Source: an uncultured Gemmatimonadales bacterium (lineage in GTDB: Bacteria > Gemmatimonadota > Gemmatimonadetes > Longimicrobiales > RSA9). From it: 64,000 nt of DNA. This document shows, piece by piece, positions 19,043-29,600 of the stretch (position 1 is the first letter of the stretch; every line of letters begins with the position of its first letter). A program made the translations under genes and the position numbers. The notes beneath the pieces were generated by a model. That model ran no database searches, was not told the origin of the DNA, and was given only the letters and a program-made list of their open reading frames with translations. The DNA lies in NCBI GenBank assembly GCA_963798085.1, contig CAWCRS010000004.1, forward strand, positions 66,238-130,237, read 5' to 3'.

Positions 19043-20343
19043 GCGTCGACATGAATTCGCCCGCTCGTCCCGTGCCTCAGCCGGTGCCCCTGGATGCAGC
19101 CAATCCCGGCGAGGTGATGCAGCTGCCCGAGCGGCCGCCGCCGTCGACCCTGCGCGTCGTGATGCTGACGCCGGAATCGGAAACCGAGCTGGGCTTCGTG
19201 TACAAGCGGACCTACGACCTGGACGCGACCGGCCGGCCGGTGAGCCTCTCCGATGAGCAGCCGCCGCTCGACGAGGAGGGCTCGCTGCACGAACCTCTCG
19301 AACCGGGCGCGCTGCCGTCGTTCAGATCGTTGCCCGAGGTGGTGGCGTTCAAGACCGGCACCGATGTCGTGATCCGCGCGGCCGCGCGACCGCCACGGCC
19401 CGTAGCGGAATGGAGTGTGGAAGCGCGGGTCGGCCCGTGGGTGCACGCGGCGCACGTCAGCGGCCCGCGCCAGGCGGAGTGGCGCAACGGCCACATCCGG
19501 TTCACGCCACCGGCGCCGTTCGAGACGATGCCGCTGCGCATGGAGAATGCCTATGGCGGGCGCGATTTCCATAGTGAATCCGCGCTGCTGCAGGAAGTGC
19601 AGAGCCTGACGTCTGCGGAGAGCCTGCGGCGGGCGCGACCGTCGCTGGAGGGCATCTTCGGGGAGAACCACCCGCTCATGTATCCGCGCAATCGCTTCGG
19701 CAAGGGCTACGTGCTGCGGGCGACGGCGGAGGCAGTGCACGGGCGGGAGCTGCCCTGCGTGGAGCGTCCGGACGACAGGTTGACACCGGAGCGGCTCCTG
19801 GCTTCGGAGCTGGCGTGGAGCGCGCAGCCGCTGCCCGCGTCGTTCGATTATCTCGATCCATTCTCCTTCCCGCGCAGCGCCATGCTGGGAATGCCGCCAG
19901 CCGCCGACCCGCCGGTTGCGGACGACGTTGCGGAAGTACGCATGGGCCTCATTCCCGCCGGCTACTGCCTGGGCAATCTGCTGCTGACGCAGCCGCAGGA
20001 GATGTGGCGGTGCATTCATCCGTGGGCCAGCCGCTGCGCGCAGCCCGGTCTCTGCCTGCCCTTCCTGAAGGGCGATGAGTGGATCGTGCTGAGCGGGATG
20101 GATGCGCACATCGCGGAGCTGCAGATCCCGCTGCCCCGTGAGCGGCCCGAGCTGACGCTGCCCTCGTGGCTGTCTTCGCCCCGCGTGCTGACCGGAGTGC
20201 TGAACCTGGTTTTCCTCGATGTCGATGCGCGGCGGCTGAGTCTGATCTGGTCGGCACGCGGCGTACTGCGCCGCACCGTACTGCCCAGCCAGCTTCCCGA
20301 GATCGAGGCGACGAGCGCATTGCGCATGATCGAGGTGCAATAG
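19039..20343 (+). CDS. DUF2169 family T6SS adaptor (pair 1, second)
   Basis: KRTY, FK.GTDVV, PFETMPLRMENAYGG, YPRN.FGKG, L.GDE; GTGA overlap start (or ATG 19051). Confidence 0.85.
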   Translation: MSVDMNSPARPVPQPVPLDAANPGEVMQLPERPPPSTLRVVMLTPESETELGFVYKRTYDLDATGRPVSLSDEQPPLDEEGSLHEPLEPGALPSFRSLPEVVAFKTGTDVVIRAAARPPRPVAEWSVEARVGPWVHAAHVSGPRQAEWRNGHIRFTPPAPFETMPLRMENAYGGRDFHSESALLQEVQSLTSAESLRRARPSLEGIFGENHPLMYPRNRFGKGYVLRATAEAVHGRELPCVERPDDRLTPERLLASELAWSAQPLPASFDYLDPFSFPRSAMLGMPPAADPPVADDVAEVRMGLIPAGYCLGNLLLTQPQEMWRCIHPWASRCAQPGLCLPFLKGDEWIVLSGMDAHIAELQIPLPRERPELTLPSWLSSPRVLTGVLNLVFLDVDARRLSLIWSARGVLRRTVLPSQLPEIEATSALRMIEVQ

Positions 20344-21459
20344 TGCGCGCCGCCAAGAAGCCATCGATCTTCGGGCTCGGCCTGGATCCGCACGCGGCAC
20401 TGCCACCCAGCCTGCCGCCGGTGCCCCCGGCCCCCGCGAATCCGGCACCGGTCCCCGTGCAGCCGTGGGTTCACTTCATTGTGAACCCGGTCATGGGCTG
20501 GATCCTCACCGGCAAATGGTCGCAGCTCTCCGTCGCCACGGAAGGGGCAGCGACGATTCTGTGGCAGCACGACTGGGGCCCGCTGCAGCCGCACAAGATC
20601 ATTCCCGCACCGGTCACCAAGACGCCATCGACGCTGCTGCTGCTGCTCGGCTCGTCGGCCAAGTACTATCTGCCGTCGTTCTCCGTCAAGCAGCCGCAGG
20701 ACGGCGCCATCCACACGGGCTCGGCCACACCGGTCGCCATCTGTTTCCCGGCGTACTGCATTGTGATGGAGACGTGCGCCGACATTTCCACGAAAGGGTT
20801 CAACATCCCGCTCCCCGCCATGTGCCTGCAGTCGATGACGACGCGCTGGGTGGGTTTCAGCATGGGCGATTTTCTGGCCGGCATCATCGGCGTGGCCGGC
20901 GACTGCATCGCCTCTCTCGTGATCTCGCATTTCGGCGGCAAGCTCTTCTCCGGACTCAGTGATAACCAGCTGTTTGGGGGACTGGGGGGCAGCGGCGCCA
21001 ACCTGGCGGGCGGTGCCATCGGGAACTACCCGATGGCCTTCGTCGGCTTCCTGTTCACCTTTGCCATGTTCGGCGCCATGCACGGCGAGGGCGAAATCAG
21101 CTCGCCCACACTGCAGGGCATTGGCGGCGTGCTGGCCGCGCCGGTCATCTCCGTGGGCCGCGGGTGTGGCGGCGACCGCGGTCGGCGATGCGATCGGCTC
21201 GAAGCCCGGTGATGCCCAGGCGGGCTGGGAGCAGGCGCCTGCCGACGATGCCCCGACTACACCCCCGCCGGCGCCATCCGCGCCCCCATCGTCGAGCGCA
21301 ACCCCGTCGTCGACCGCGCCCCCGGCGCCCACCGCACCAGCGACGGCCGGGACGGGACCGGGTGATGCCGGCGCGTCGTCGCCTGCACCACCGCCCGCAC
21401 AAGGCGGCGGCAACGACAGCTCGGGCGGCGTCTGCACACCGCCACCGCCATGGCTCTGA
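20343..21459 (+). CDS. Divergent PAAR-like/tip protein with membrane helices and Pro-rich tail; +1 frameshift near 21155
   Basis: Coupled to the DUF2169 stop; GLDPH + Pro-rich N-terminus, His/Cys residues, hydrophobic helices. An extra G in GTGGGCC joins ORF 20166-21212 to 20959-21459. Confidence 0.45.
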
Positions 21460-21604
21460 TGCAACCACGCGCGGCGCGGCCTGCGCGGCAGCCCGAGCCA
21501 TCTCCTGCGACCGCCTTGCCGTGCGCGGACCCACCCGCATACTGATCGCATGCCGGCAGTTCGCGGCGCCCGGCTGAACCTGAACAAGCAGAGCGGAGCC
21601 TCTC

Positions 21605-23599
21605 ATGGCGATATACACACAGGCGAACCGGCCAATGCGTGTGGACACGGTGCTCGATCCCGATGTCCTGCTGCTCGACAGCATGCGCGGCATCGAAGGC
21701 ATTTCCCAGCCTTTCAGCTTCCACCTCGACCTGCTGTCCGAGGACAAGAGCATGGAACCCATGGCGCTGCTGCGCACGCCCATGGTGGTCACCATGAATC
21801 TGCACAATGGCGGCAAACGCTTCATTCACGGACTGGTCAGCCGCTTCGTGCAGCTGGGGCAGAAGGAAGAGCTGACCGCGTACCGCGCCGACATCGTGCC
21901 CTGGAGCTGGTTTCTCTCGCTGTCGCGCGAATCGCGCATTTATCAGAAGCTCAGTGTGCCGGACATCATCGAGAAGGTCATCAGGGACCAGGGTTACAGC
22001 GACTTCGAATTCCGCTGCAACCAGAAACACGAGCCGCGCGAGTACTGCGTGCAGTACCGCGAATCGCACCTCAACTTCATTTCCCGCCTCATGGAGGAAG
22101 AGGGCATCTTCTACTTCTTCGAGCACACGCAGGACAAGCACATGCTGGTGATAACAGACCATAACGGGGCAATGGCTCCGTGTCCGGAACTGAGCGAGGT
22201 GCGCTTCCATTCGCAGGCTGCGCCCGATGAGGATGTGGTGCGCTCGATCGAGCACGAGATGTCGGCGTGGGTGGGCACGGTGACGCTGCGCGACTACGAC
22301 TTCACGCATCCGTCACTGAGCCTGGAAAGCTCGCTGACGGGCGGCGGTGTGGAAGAGGTCTACGACTATCCGGGCCGCTACCTCACGCTGGCGGAAGGCG
22401 AACGCTTCGCGCGACTGCAGCTGGAGGCGGAAGAGGCCATGCGCGTGCAGCTGCGCGGCGCGGGAAGCTGCCGCTCCTTCGTGAGTGGCGGCACCTTCGA
22501 GCTGCAGGACTACTACCGGCCCGAATACAACGACGAGTACATCCTGGTGCGCGTGCAGCACGTCGGTCACGTGGGCGGTTACCGCAGCGCAGAAGCCGCC
22601 GGTGGCATCGACTATCACAACGACTTCGTCGCCATTCCGGCGGACACCGTCTATCGCACGCCCCGGCGCACGCCGCGGCCCGTGATCCACGGCACGCAGA
22701 CGGCACTGGTGGTGGGTCCGGCGGGCGAAGAGATCTATACCGACAAGTTCGGCCGCGTGAAGGTACAGTTCTACTGGGATCGCGTGGGCAAGCGCAACGA
22801 GAACAGCTCGTGCTGGGTGCGCGTCGCTTCGCCCTGGGCGGGCAAGGGTTACGGCAACGTCACCATCCCGCGCATCAATAACGAAGTGGTAGTCCATTTC
22901 CTCGAAGGCGATCCCGACAGGCCCCTGATCCTGGGCAGCGTCTACAATGCCGAGCAGGCCGTGCCCTTCGAGCTGCCGGGCTCGGGCATCCAGCAGGGCA
23001 TCAAGTCACGCAGCTCGCCGGGCGGCGGCGGCCACAACGAGATCACCGTGACGGATACGAAGGGCAAGGAGAAGATGACGATCCATGCCCAGTACGACCG
23101 CAGCACCAAAGTCGGTCACGATGATACGATCAGCGTCACGAACGATCGCTCCATGACCGTCACGGGCAAGCTCACCGAGACGATCAAGGGCAACACGACG
23201 GTCACCGTGCAGGAGGGGAATCACGCGTTCACGGTGTCGTCGGGCAAGAGCGATGTCACCGTGAAGGCGGGACTCACGGTGAAGGTGACGGACGGAGCGC
23301 TGACGGAGAACGCCAAGACCAACGTCGAGATCACGTCGGACACGGCGGCGATTCACCTGAAGGCCGCGACCGAGATCAAGCTTTCGGTGGGCGCCAGCAC
23401 CATCCTGATGAAGAGCGATGGCAGTATCAAGATCAATGGCAAGGCGGTTGCCATCGAAGGCTCGCAGAAGGTGGGCATCCATGGTGGTGAAGTTTCATCG
23501 AAGGCGGATGGCACGAACGAGATCAAGGGCGCAATGGTGCTGTCCGATGGCGCCGCCAAGAATACCGTCAAGGGCGGCATGGTCATGCTGAACCCGTAG
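21605..23599 (+). CDS. vgrG: VgrG/TssI spike protein 3
   Basis: VgrG motifs; Lys/Thr-rich C-terminal spike with DUF2345-like end VKGGMVMLNP. Confidence 0.96.
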   Translation: MAIYTQANRPMRVDTVLDPDVLLLDSMRGIEGISQPFSFHLDLLSEDKSMEPMALLRTPMVVTMNLHNGGKRFIHGLVSRFVQLGQKEELTAYRADIVPWSWFLSLSRESRIYQKLSVPDIIEKVIRDQGYSDFEFRCNQKHEPREYCVQYRESHLNFISRLMEEEGIFYFFEHTQDKHMLVITDHNGAMAPCPELSEVRFHSQAAPDEDVVRSIEHEMSAWVGTVTLRDYDFTHPSLSLESSLTGGGVEEVYDYPGRYLTLAEGERFARLQLEAEEAMRVQLRGAGSCRSFVSGGTFELQDYYRPEYNDEYILVRVQHVGHVGGYRSAEAAGGIDYHNDFVAIPADTVYRTPRRTPRPVIHGTQTALVVGPAGEEIYTDKFGRVKVQFYWDRVGKRNENSSCWVRVASPWAGKGYGNVTIPRINNEVVVHFLEGDPDRPLILGSVYNAEQAVPFELPGSGIQQGIKSRSSPGGGGHNEITVTDTKGKEKMTIHAQYDRSTKVGHDDTISVTNDRSMTVTGKLTETIKGNTTVTVQEGNHAFTVSSGKSDVTVKAGLTVKVTDGALTENAKTNVEITSDTAAIHLKAATEIKLSVGASTILMKSDGSIKINGKAVAIEGSQKVGIHGGEVSSKADGTNEIKGAMVLSDGAAKNTVKGGMVMLNP

Positions 23600-23614
23600 G
23601 CGAAGCGCACCTCG

Positions 23615-24712
23615 ATGGCAGCAACGGCGGCAAGCGAAGTCACGGCGATCCTGCCCGGTCGGGATGGCGGGGGCGACATCTTCGCGGTTCTGGTCAAGCG
23701 CACGTACGACATGCGGGCCGACGGCCTGCTCGAGCGCTGTGAGAAGGCGCGCCCCTTCACGGCAGTGGACCAGTACTACGACGGCGGCGATGCGGAAACG
23801 TCGACCGTACAGCACGAGTGCGATCTGGTGCCGTTCAAGGCGGCCACTGACGTGGTGTGTGTGGGCAGTGCCTGGGCTCCGGGCGGCATCGCTGTGACGC
23901 ACATGGATGTGTCCCTCAGCGTGAGCGGAGTGACGCGTACCCTGCGCGTGATCGGCGACCGCAGGTGCCTGTATCGTCAGGGTGGCTTGCCGCTCTTCAC
24001 CGACCCCGCGCCATTCGTCTGGATGCCCATCCGCTACGACAACGCCTACGGCGGCGAGGATCATTTCAGTAATCCGGAGTTAGCATTCCACTATCCGCGC
24101 AATTTCCGCGGCAAGGGCGTGGTGGTGCGCAACATCCCGGAGGCTGTGGAAGGCCTGCCGCTTCCCAATCTGGAGGATCCTGCCGATCTGCTGACACCCG
24201 AGCGACTGCTGATCCACGATCCCGACCTGTGGAACGACGCGCCGCTGCCGCAGGGCCTGGGGTGGTTCCCGAAGACATTCTATCCGCGCTGCTCGTTCGT
24301 CGGCTCCATACCGGGGCGCATGGATCCGGACACCGTGATGCGCGAGGAACGCCTGGGCCTCGTGCCGCAGCGGCAGATCGCACGGTTCCGACAGCGCAAG
24401 CTGCCCAGCTTCGATGTGCGCTTCAACAACGGCGCCTCGCCTGGACTCGCGCTGCCCTACCTCGCCGGACGCGAAACCGTGCTGCTGCAGGGCCTGCACC
24501 CGGACGGTCCGCTGACATTGGAGTTACCGGGTGATGTGCCCGGCATGACCCTGGACATTGGCGCCGGCGAGACCGCGCTCGACCCCGTGCTGCAGACCGT
24601 CTGCATCCGCATGGACGACGTGCAGGTCGATCTGGTGTGGGCGGGCGCATACGCGTGGGCCGGCATCGAAGCTGCGGATCAGCTCACGAAGATGGAAGCG
24701 GTGGTGTGGTGA
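23615..24712 (+). CDS. DUF2169 family T6SS adaptor (pair 2, first)
   Basis: VKRTY, ECDLVPFKAATDVV, VIGDR, AYGG, LPNLEDP, FNNGASPGL. Confidence 0.9.
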   Translation: MAATAASEVTAILPGRDGGGDIFAVLVKRTYDMRADGLLERCEKARPFTAVDQYYDGGDAETSTVQHECDLVPFKAATDVVCVGSAWAPGGIAVTHMDVSLSVSGVTRTLRVIGDRRCLYRQGGLPLFTDPAPFVWMPIRYDNAYGGEDHFSNPELAFHYPRNFRGKGVVVRNIPEAVEGLPLPNLEDPADLLTPERLLIHDPDLWNDAPLPQGLGWFPKTFYPRCSFVGSIPGRMDPDTVMREERLGLVPQRQIARFRQRKLPSFDVRFNNGASPGLALPYLAGRETVLLQGLHPDGPLTLELPGDVPGMTLDIGAGETALDPVLQTVCIRMDDVQVDLVWAGAYAWAGIEAADQLTKMEAVVW

Positions 24713-25848
24713 GCACACAGCCCTCGGAGTCGCTGCTGCCGGCGGAGGGTGCCGCAGACGAGGCCGATCCAACGCCTCGCCTGGTGCTGCCGGGCCAGTC
24801 GCCGGACGGGCTGTATGTGCTGAGCGTACTGGCCAAGCGCACGTACGACATCACGCCGGATGGCTTCTGTGTGCGCGCAGCCCGCGATCGCAAGATCCTG
24901 CCCGCGGACGTGCACTATGGCGATCCCATGAACTCCACCGTGCAGTTCGAGAGCGATTTCATTCCCTTCAAGCTGGCCACCGACGTGGTGCTCAACGGCG
25001 TGGCATACGCGCCCGGTGGCGCGCCCGTGCTCGAACTGCCCGTGTCGATACAGGTCGACAGGACGCGCAGGGATCTGATCGCGATCGGTGACCGTGAGTG
25101 CCGCTTCCAGGGTGAGAAGGCGACGCCGCTCTTCACGGATCCGGCGCCCTTCGTGACGATGGAACTGCGCTACGAACGGGCGTACGGCGGCGTCGACATC
25201 TACTCGGACCCCAAGGTCCCGGTGCATTACCTGCGCAACCCGCTGGGTCGCGGATTTGCCGTGACCCTGAATCGGCGCGCGATCGACCGGCTGCCGCTGC
25301 CCAACATCGAAGATCCCGCCGACCGGCTCACGCCCGAGCGCATGACGTGCGGCCACTTCATGTACTGGGAACAGCAGCCCATGCCGGCGGGCTTCGGCTG
25401 GATTCACCGCACCTGGCAGCCACGCGCGGCACTGGCCGGCGTGCTGCCCGCGGATCGCGCGTTCGAGCAGGAGATGCGCGCCATCTATCGCACACTGGTG
25501 CCGCGTGAACAGCTGGAGATGTACGACCAGACCGGGCTGCCCGACATGGATTTCCGCTTCTTCAACGGCGCCTCGCCCGGGCTCGTGTTTCCGTATATGC
25601 GCGGCGATGAGTACATCCAGACGCTGCATCTCACGCCGGAGGGGTTGAGCGCGTTCGCGCTACCCGGCAATGTGCTGCGCGCGGGCCTCGACATTGGTCA
25701 CGGCGTCAGCGAAGCCGATGCGCTGTTGCACACCGTGATGATCCGCATGGAAGAACGGCAGGTCGATCTCACGTGGAGCGCGCCCTTTCCCTACAATGGC
25801 CCGGACAGCCTGAACGATCTCACGCGACTCAATGTGTTCCTGCAATGA
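24709..25848 (+). CDS. DUF2169 family T6SS adaptor (pair 2, second)
   Basis: AKRTY, ESDFIPFKLATDVV, YERAYGG, NPLGRG, LPNIEDP, FFNGASPGL; GTGA overlap. Confidence 0.9.
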   Translation: MSTQPSESLLPAEGAADEADPTPRLVLPGQSPDGLYVLSVLAKRTYDITPDGFCVRAARDRKILPADVHYGDPMNSTVQFESDFIPFKLATDVVLNGVAYAPGGAPVLELPVSIQVDRTRRDLIAIGDRECRFQGEKATPLFTDPAPFVTMELRYERAYGGVDIYSDPKVPVHYLRNPLGRGFAVTLNRRAIDRLPLPNIEDPADRLTPERMTCGHFMYWEQQPMPAGFGWIHRTWQPRAALAGVLPADRAFEQEMRAIYRTLVPREQLEMYDQTGLPDMDFRFFNGASPGLVFPYMRGDEYIQTLHLTPEGLSAFALPGNVLRAGLDIGHGVSEADALLHTVMIRMEERQVDLTWSAPFPYNGPDSLNDLTRLNVFLQ

Positions 25849-25905
25849 CCCTGCGCGCATTGCAGTACGGCAACCGCGTACTCCCGACTGCGGCGCGAGG
25901 TAACA

Positions 25906-26688
25906 ATGCCTAACTGGCCGGCCTGCAAGCTGCTGGACATGGTGGTGGGTGTGGATGTGCACGCGGTGACGCCCATTCCCGGTATTCCCGTGCACCCGTA
26001 TTTCGGCGTGATCTTCCTGTGGCACACGCCGAAATTTCCCATGGCCAACGTCTTCATCAACGGCATGCCGGCGTGTGCCACGGGATCGATGGGCTACTCG
26101 GCGCACATTCCGCAGGGCGTACCGGTGCAGCCACCCAATACGCCCACCTACTGGAAGCGCTACATCACCAACATCCCAATGGCGATCAGCCTGCTGTTCC
26201 TGACGATCTTCGCGAACATCGCCATTGCCGCGATCGCCGCGCTGCTGCCGCTGCCGCCGGAAGCGGAAGCGTTCATGAAGGACGTGACCGGCATCGATAC
26301 CTCGGATACGATGGCGGCGCTGAACAGCATTTCCGCGAGTTTCGCGTCGCTGACCAAGTGGCAGACGTGGGTGAAGCTGTTGCTGCCGCCGATTCCCTAT
26401 CCGGGCAGTCAGGGCTCGGCCGCGATCGGCAGCCCGAATGTCACCGTGAACGGCGGGCCGCTCGCCTTCTGTGCCCCGCTGATGGCCACCTCGTGCAGCG
26501 ATATTCCCATTGTGCCCAATGCGGCGACGATCGGCTTTTCCAATGTGCTCGTGGGCGTGTCACTGTCCGCCATGATCCGCGGCATTGCCGTGCACAGCGC
26601 GCAGGCGGCCGTGCATGTGGGCCTGCAGAAGGGTGTGAAGAAGCTGACTGAGCAGAAGGACCGCGGCGGCACCGAGCAGACGCACTGA
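25906..26688 (+). CDS. PAAR-like (PIPY-motif) tip protein with an internal transmembrane segment
   Basis: VVGVDVH..PIPGIPVHPY, NVFINGMPA, PPIPYP, GSPNVTVNGGP; hydrophobic stretch ISLLFLTIFANIAIAAIAALL. Confidence 0.7.
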   Translation: MPNWPACKLLDMVVGVDVHAVTPIPGIPVHPYFGVIFLWHTPKFPMANVFINGMPACATGSMGYSAHIPQGVPVQPPNTPTYWKRYITNIPMAISLLFLTIFANIAIAAIAALLPLPPEAEAFMKDVTGIDTSDTMAALNSISASFASLTKWQTWVKLLLPPIPYPGSQGSAAIGSPNVTVNGGPLAFCAPLMATSCSDIPIVPNAATIGFSNVLVGVSLSAMIRGIAVHSAQAAVHVGLQKGVKKLTEQKDRGGTEQTH

Positions 26689-26698
26689 GGATCAACGA

Positions 26699-29600
26699 TT
26701 GAGTGAGCGCAGACTGAATCGCGAGCCGAGCGGCATCACGGTCGGACATCCGGTCAATGTGCACTCGGGGGTCGTGTACACGGCGTGGCACGATTTCGAG
26801 CTGGCCGGTTCGACGCCCATTGTCTGGCGCCGCTTCTACAGCACAGCCAACGAAGAAACGGGTGCACTGGGTCGAGGCTGGAGCAATCCATACTTCGGCG
26901 TGATCCGGATGCGCGACCAGTTCGCGGTGCTTACCGGCAATGAGGCGCACGAGCACGCCTTCCCCCTGCCCGGCCCGGAATCGCCCAGCGGACTGCCCGG
27001 CCATTCATGGCAACTCCATCGCACGGCCGACTATGAGTTCGTGCTGCTCGATTCCGAATTGAGGCAGTGGAAGTCCTATGTGTGGAGCCCGGCCAGCAAC
27101 AGCTTCCGACTTACGCACATCTTCGACTTTGCGGGCAATGCAGTGACGCTGGTTCGCGATGAGCAGGAGCGGCTGCTCTCCATCGAGCAGCCGGCATGCG
27201 CGCGCGCCGTGGCGCTGCACTACAACGCGCAGGGACTGATTGCCTCGGTCGATCTGGTAGCGGATGGGCGCGAGCTGCGTCTGGTCACGTACGAATACGA
27301 CGCGCGCGCCAACCTCACGGCCGCGTTCGATGCGGCCGGTGCAGCGATCCGGTACGCCTGGGATGAGCGCGACCGCCTGATCCGCGAGACCAACCACACG
27401 GGCGGGTCCTTCTATTTCCAGTATGATGCGGAGGATCGCTGCATCCGGACGGTCGGCAATGGCGGGTACATGGATCGCCTGCTCGAGTACAATGTCGCAA
27501 AGCGCGCCACGTACATCACTGATGCGACAGGCCAGCGCACCAGCTACCATTTTGCCCCCAATGGCTCGCTCGAGCGCTACGTCAATGCACTGGGCCGCGT
27601 CACCGAGTACAAGGCAGCGCCCGGCATGGCGCAGACCATCCTCTCGAATGGCGGCCTGATTCACCGCGAGTACGATGATCGCGGTCTGCTGACCACAATC
27701 ACCGACCCGCTTGGCAAGAGCACGCTTTACGAGTACGACAGCCTGGGCCAGCAGACGGCGAAGGTGGATCCGGCGGGCAATCGCTGGACGCGCATGTACG
27801 ACGAGCGCGGATTCCTGATCGGCACGCTGGACCCCGTGGGCAGCGAGTGGCGCTTCGAGCGCGGTCCCGGCGGTGAAGTGGTGCGCGAGGTCGATCCGCA
27901 GGGACGCGTGACCGAGCGTCGTTATGGCGCCGGCATGCGCTGGCAGGAATTCGATAACGGCCTGTTGCGCACGCGCTGGGAATACGACGCGCGCGGCCTG
28001 CTCACGCGCTGGTCGGACGCAACCGGTGTGGTCGAAGTGTTCGAGCGCGACCCGGTCGGGCGCATCACCGCCATTGTGGGCGCGGACGGAAGCGTCGTCA
28101 GGTACATCTACGATGATGCGGGCCGGCTCATCGGCTCACAGCAGCCGAACGGCGCGACCTGGTCCTTCGTGCTGGATGCGTTCGGCAGTCTGCTGGAGAC
28201 GATCCAGCCCGACGGTGCCAGCGTTCGCGTTCGCTACGACAACGAAGGTCGGCGCCTGTCGGTAATCAACGAGCGTGGTGACGAGCTGCAGAACGCGTAC
28301 GCTCCCGATGGCAGCCTGGTGGCGCGCCGCTTTTTCGACGGCCGTGTCGAAAACTACGAGTACAATGGGGTCGGCCATCTGGTGGCCTTCGTGCGCTCCG
28401 ATGGCACCGTGCTGCGTCGCGAATTCGACCGCGGCCGCAACATGACGCTCGAATACGTGGAACCGTCTGCTGACAGCGGACCGAACCTCGAAGTGCCCGC
28501 GTATCGCGCCCAATTCTCGTACAACTGGCGCGGTCGTGTCGTCAAGGCATCCACCCCGGCCGGGGAGATCGAATTCGTTTACGACGCATCGGGTCAACTG
28601 ATCGCCGAACGCCAGAACGACCTGGACATTGCCTACAGCTACGATGCCAGTGGCCGGCTGATCATGCGCAAGGTCAGCAGCGGCATCGCTGGCGGCCTGC
28701 GCTTCACCTACGATCCGGCGGGTCGCTCGGCCACGATCGAGGATGCGCAGGGAATCGTCCAGTCGCTGGCCTACGACAACGCGGGCCGCATGGTACGGCG
28801 CATCATGCGCGGCGGCTTTACCGAATCGCTGGACTGGACGGCGAGGGAACGGATTACCCGACAGAGCGTCATGTGGGGGGGCAGTGAGATCATTGCCAGG
28901 AGATACGACTACAGTCCCGCCGATCAGCTTACCCGCATGGATGACCAGCAGCGTGGCCGCTTCCGCTGGCGCTACGACGAGCGCCTGCGTCTGGTCGAAG
29001 CCGCGCGCAATGGCGTGCCCAGCAGTTACTTCGTCTGGGATGAGACCGGCGACCTCATCGCCGATCATCTGCACACACTCACGTACGATCCCGGCAGCCG
29101 CCTGCGGCGCCGCGCCAACACGCACTACACGCATGACGCGAATGGCAACGTCGCCTCGAAACTCACGGAGGATGGCGGCCTGACACGCTATTACTACGAC
29201 GGCAAAGGCCGGCTGGCGCGCGTCGTTCTCAGTGATGGCCGCGTCTGGGAGTACGGCTACAATGCCGTGGGCCGCCGGCTGTACAAGCGCGGGCCGGAAG
29301 GCGAAACGCGTTTCGTATGGAGCAACCGCACGCTGGCGGCCGTCATCGAGCCGAATGGCAATTGCGTGGAACTGCTCATCGGCAGTTCCGGCCACCAGCC
29401 AGCCGCACAGTGGCACAACGGGCAGGTGCAGCACTTCGTGTGCGATGCCATTGGCAGGCCGCTCGAGATCCTGGACGCGGATGCGGGCATCATCTGGTCC
29501 GGCGACCACTCGCCCTGGGGCAAGCTGCTGCGCGAAGCGGGTGCGGCGCGCGCCGGCTCAGACCTGCGCTTCCCCGGCCAGTTCGAGGACCGCGAGACCG

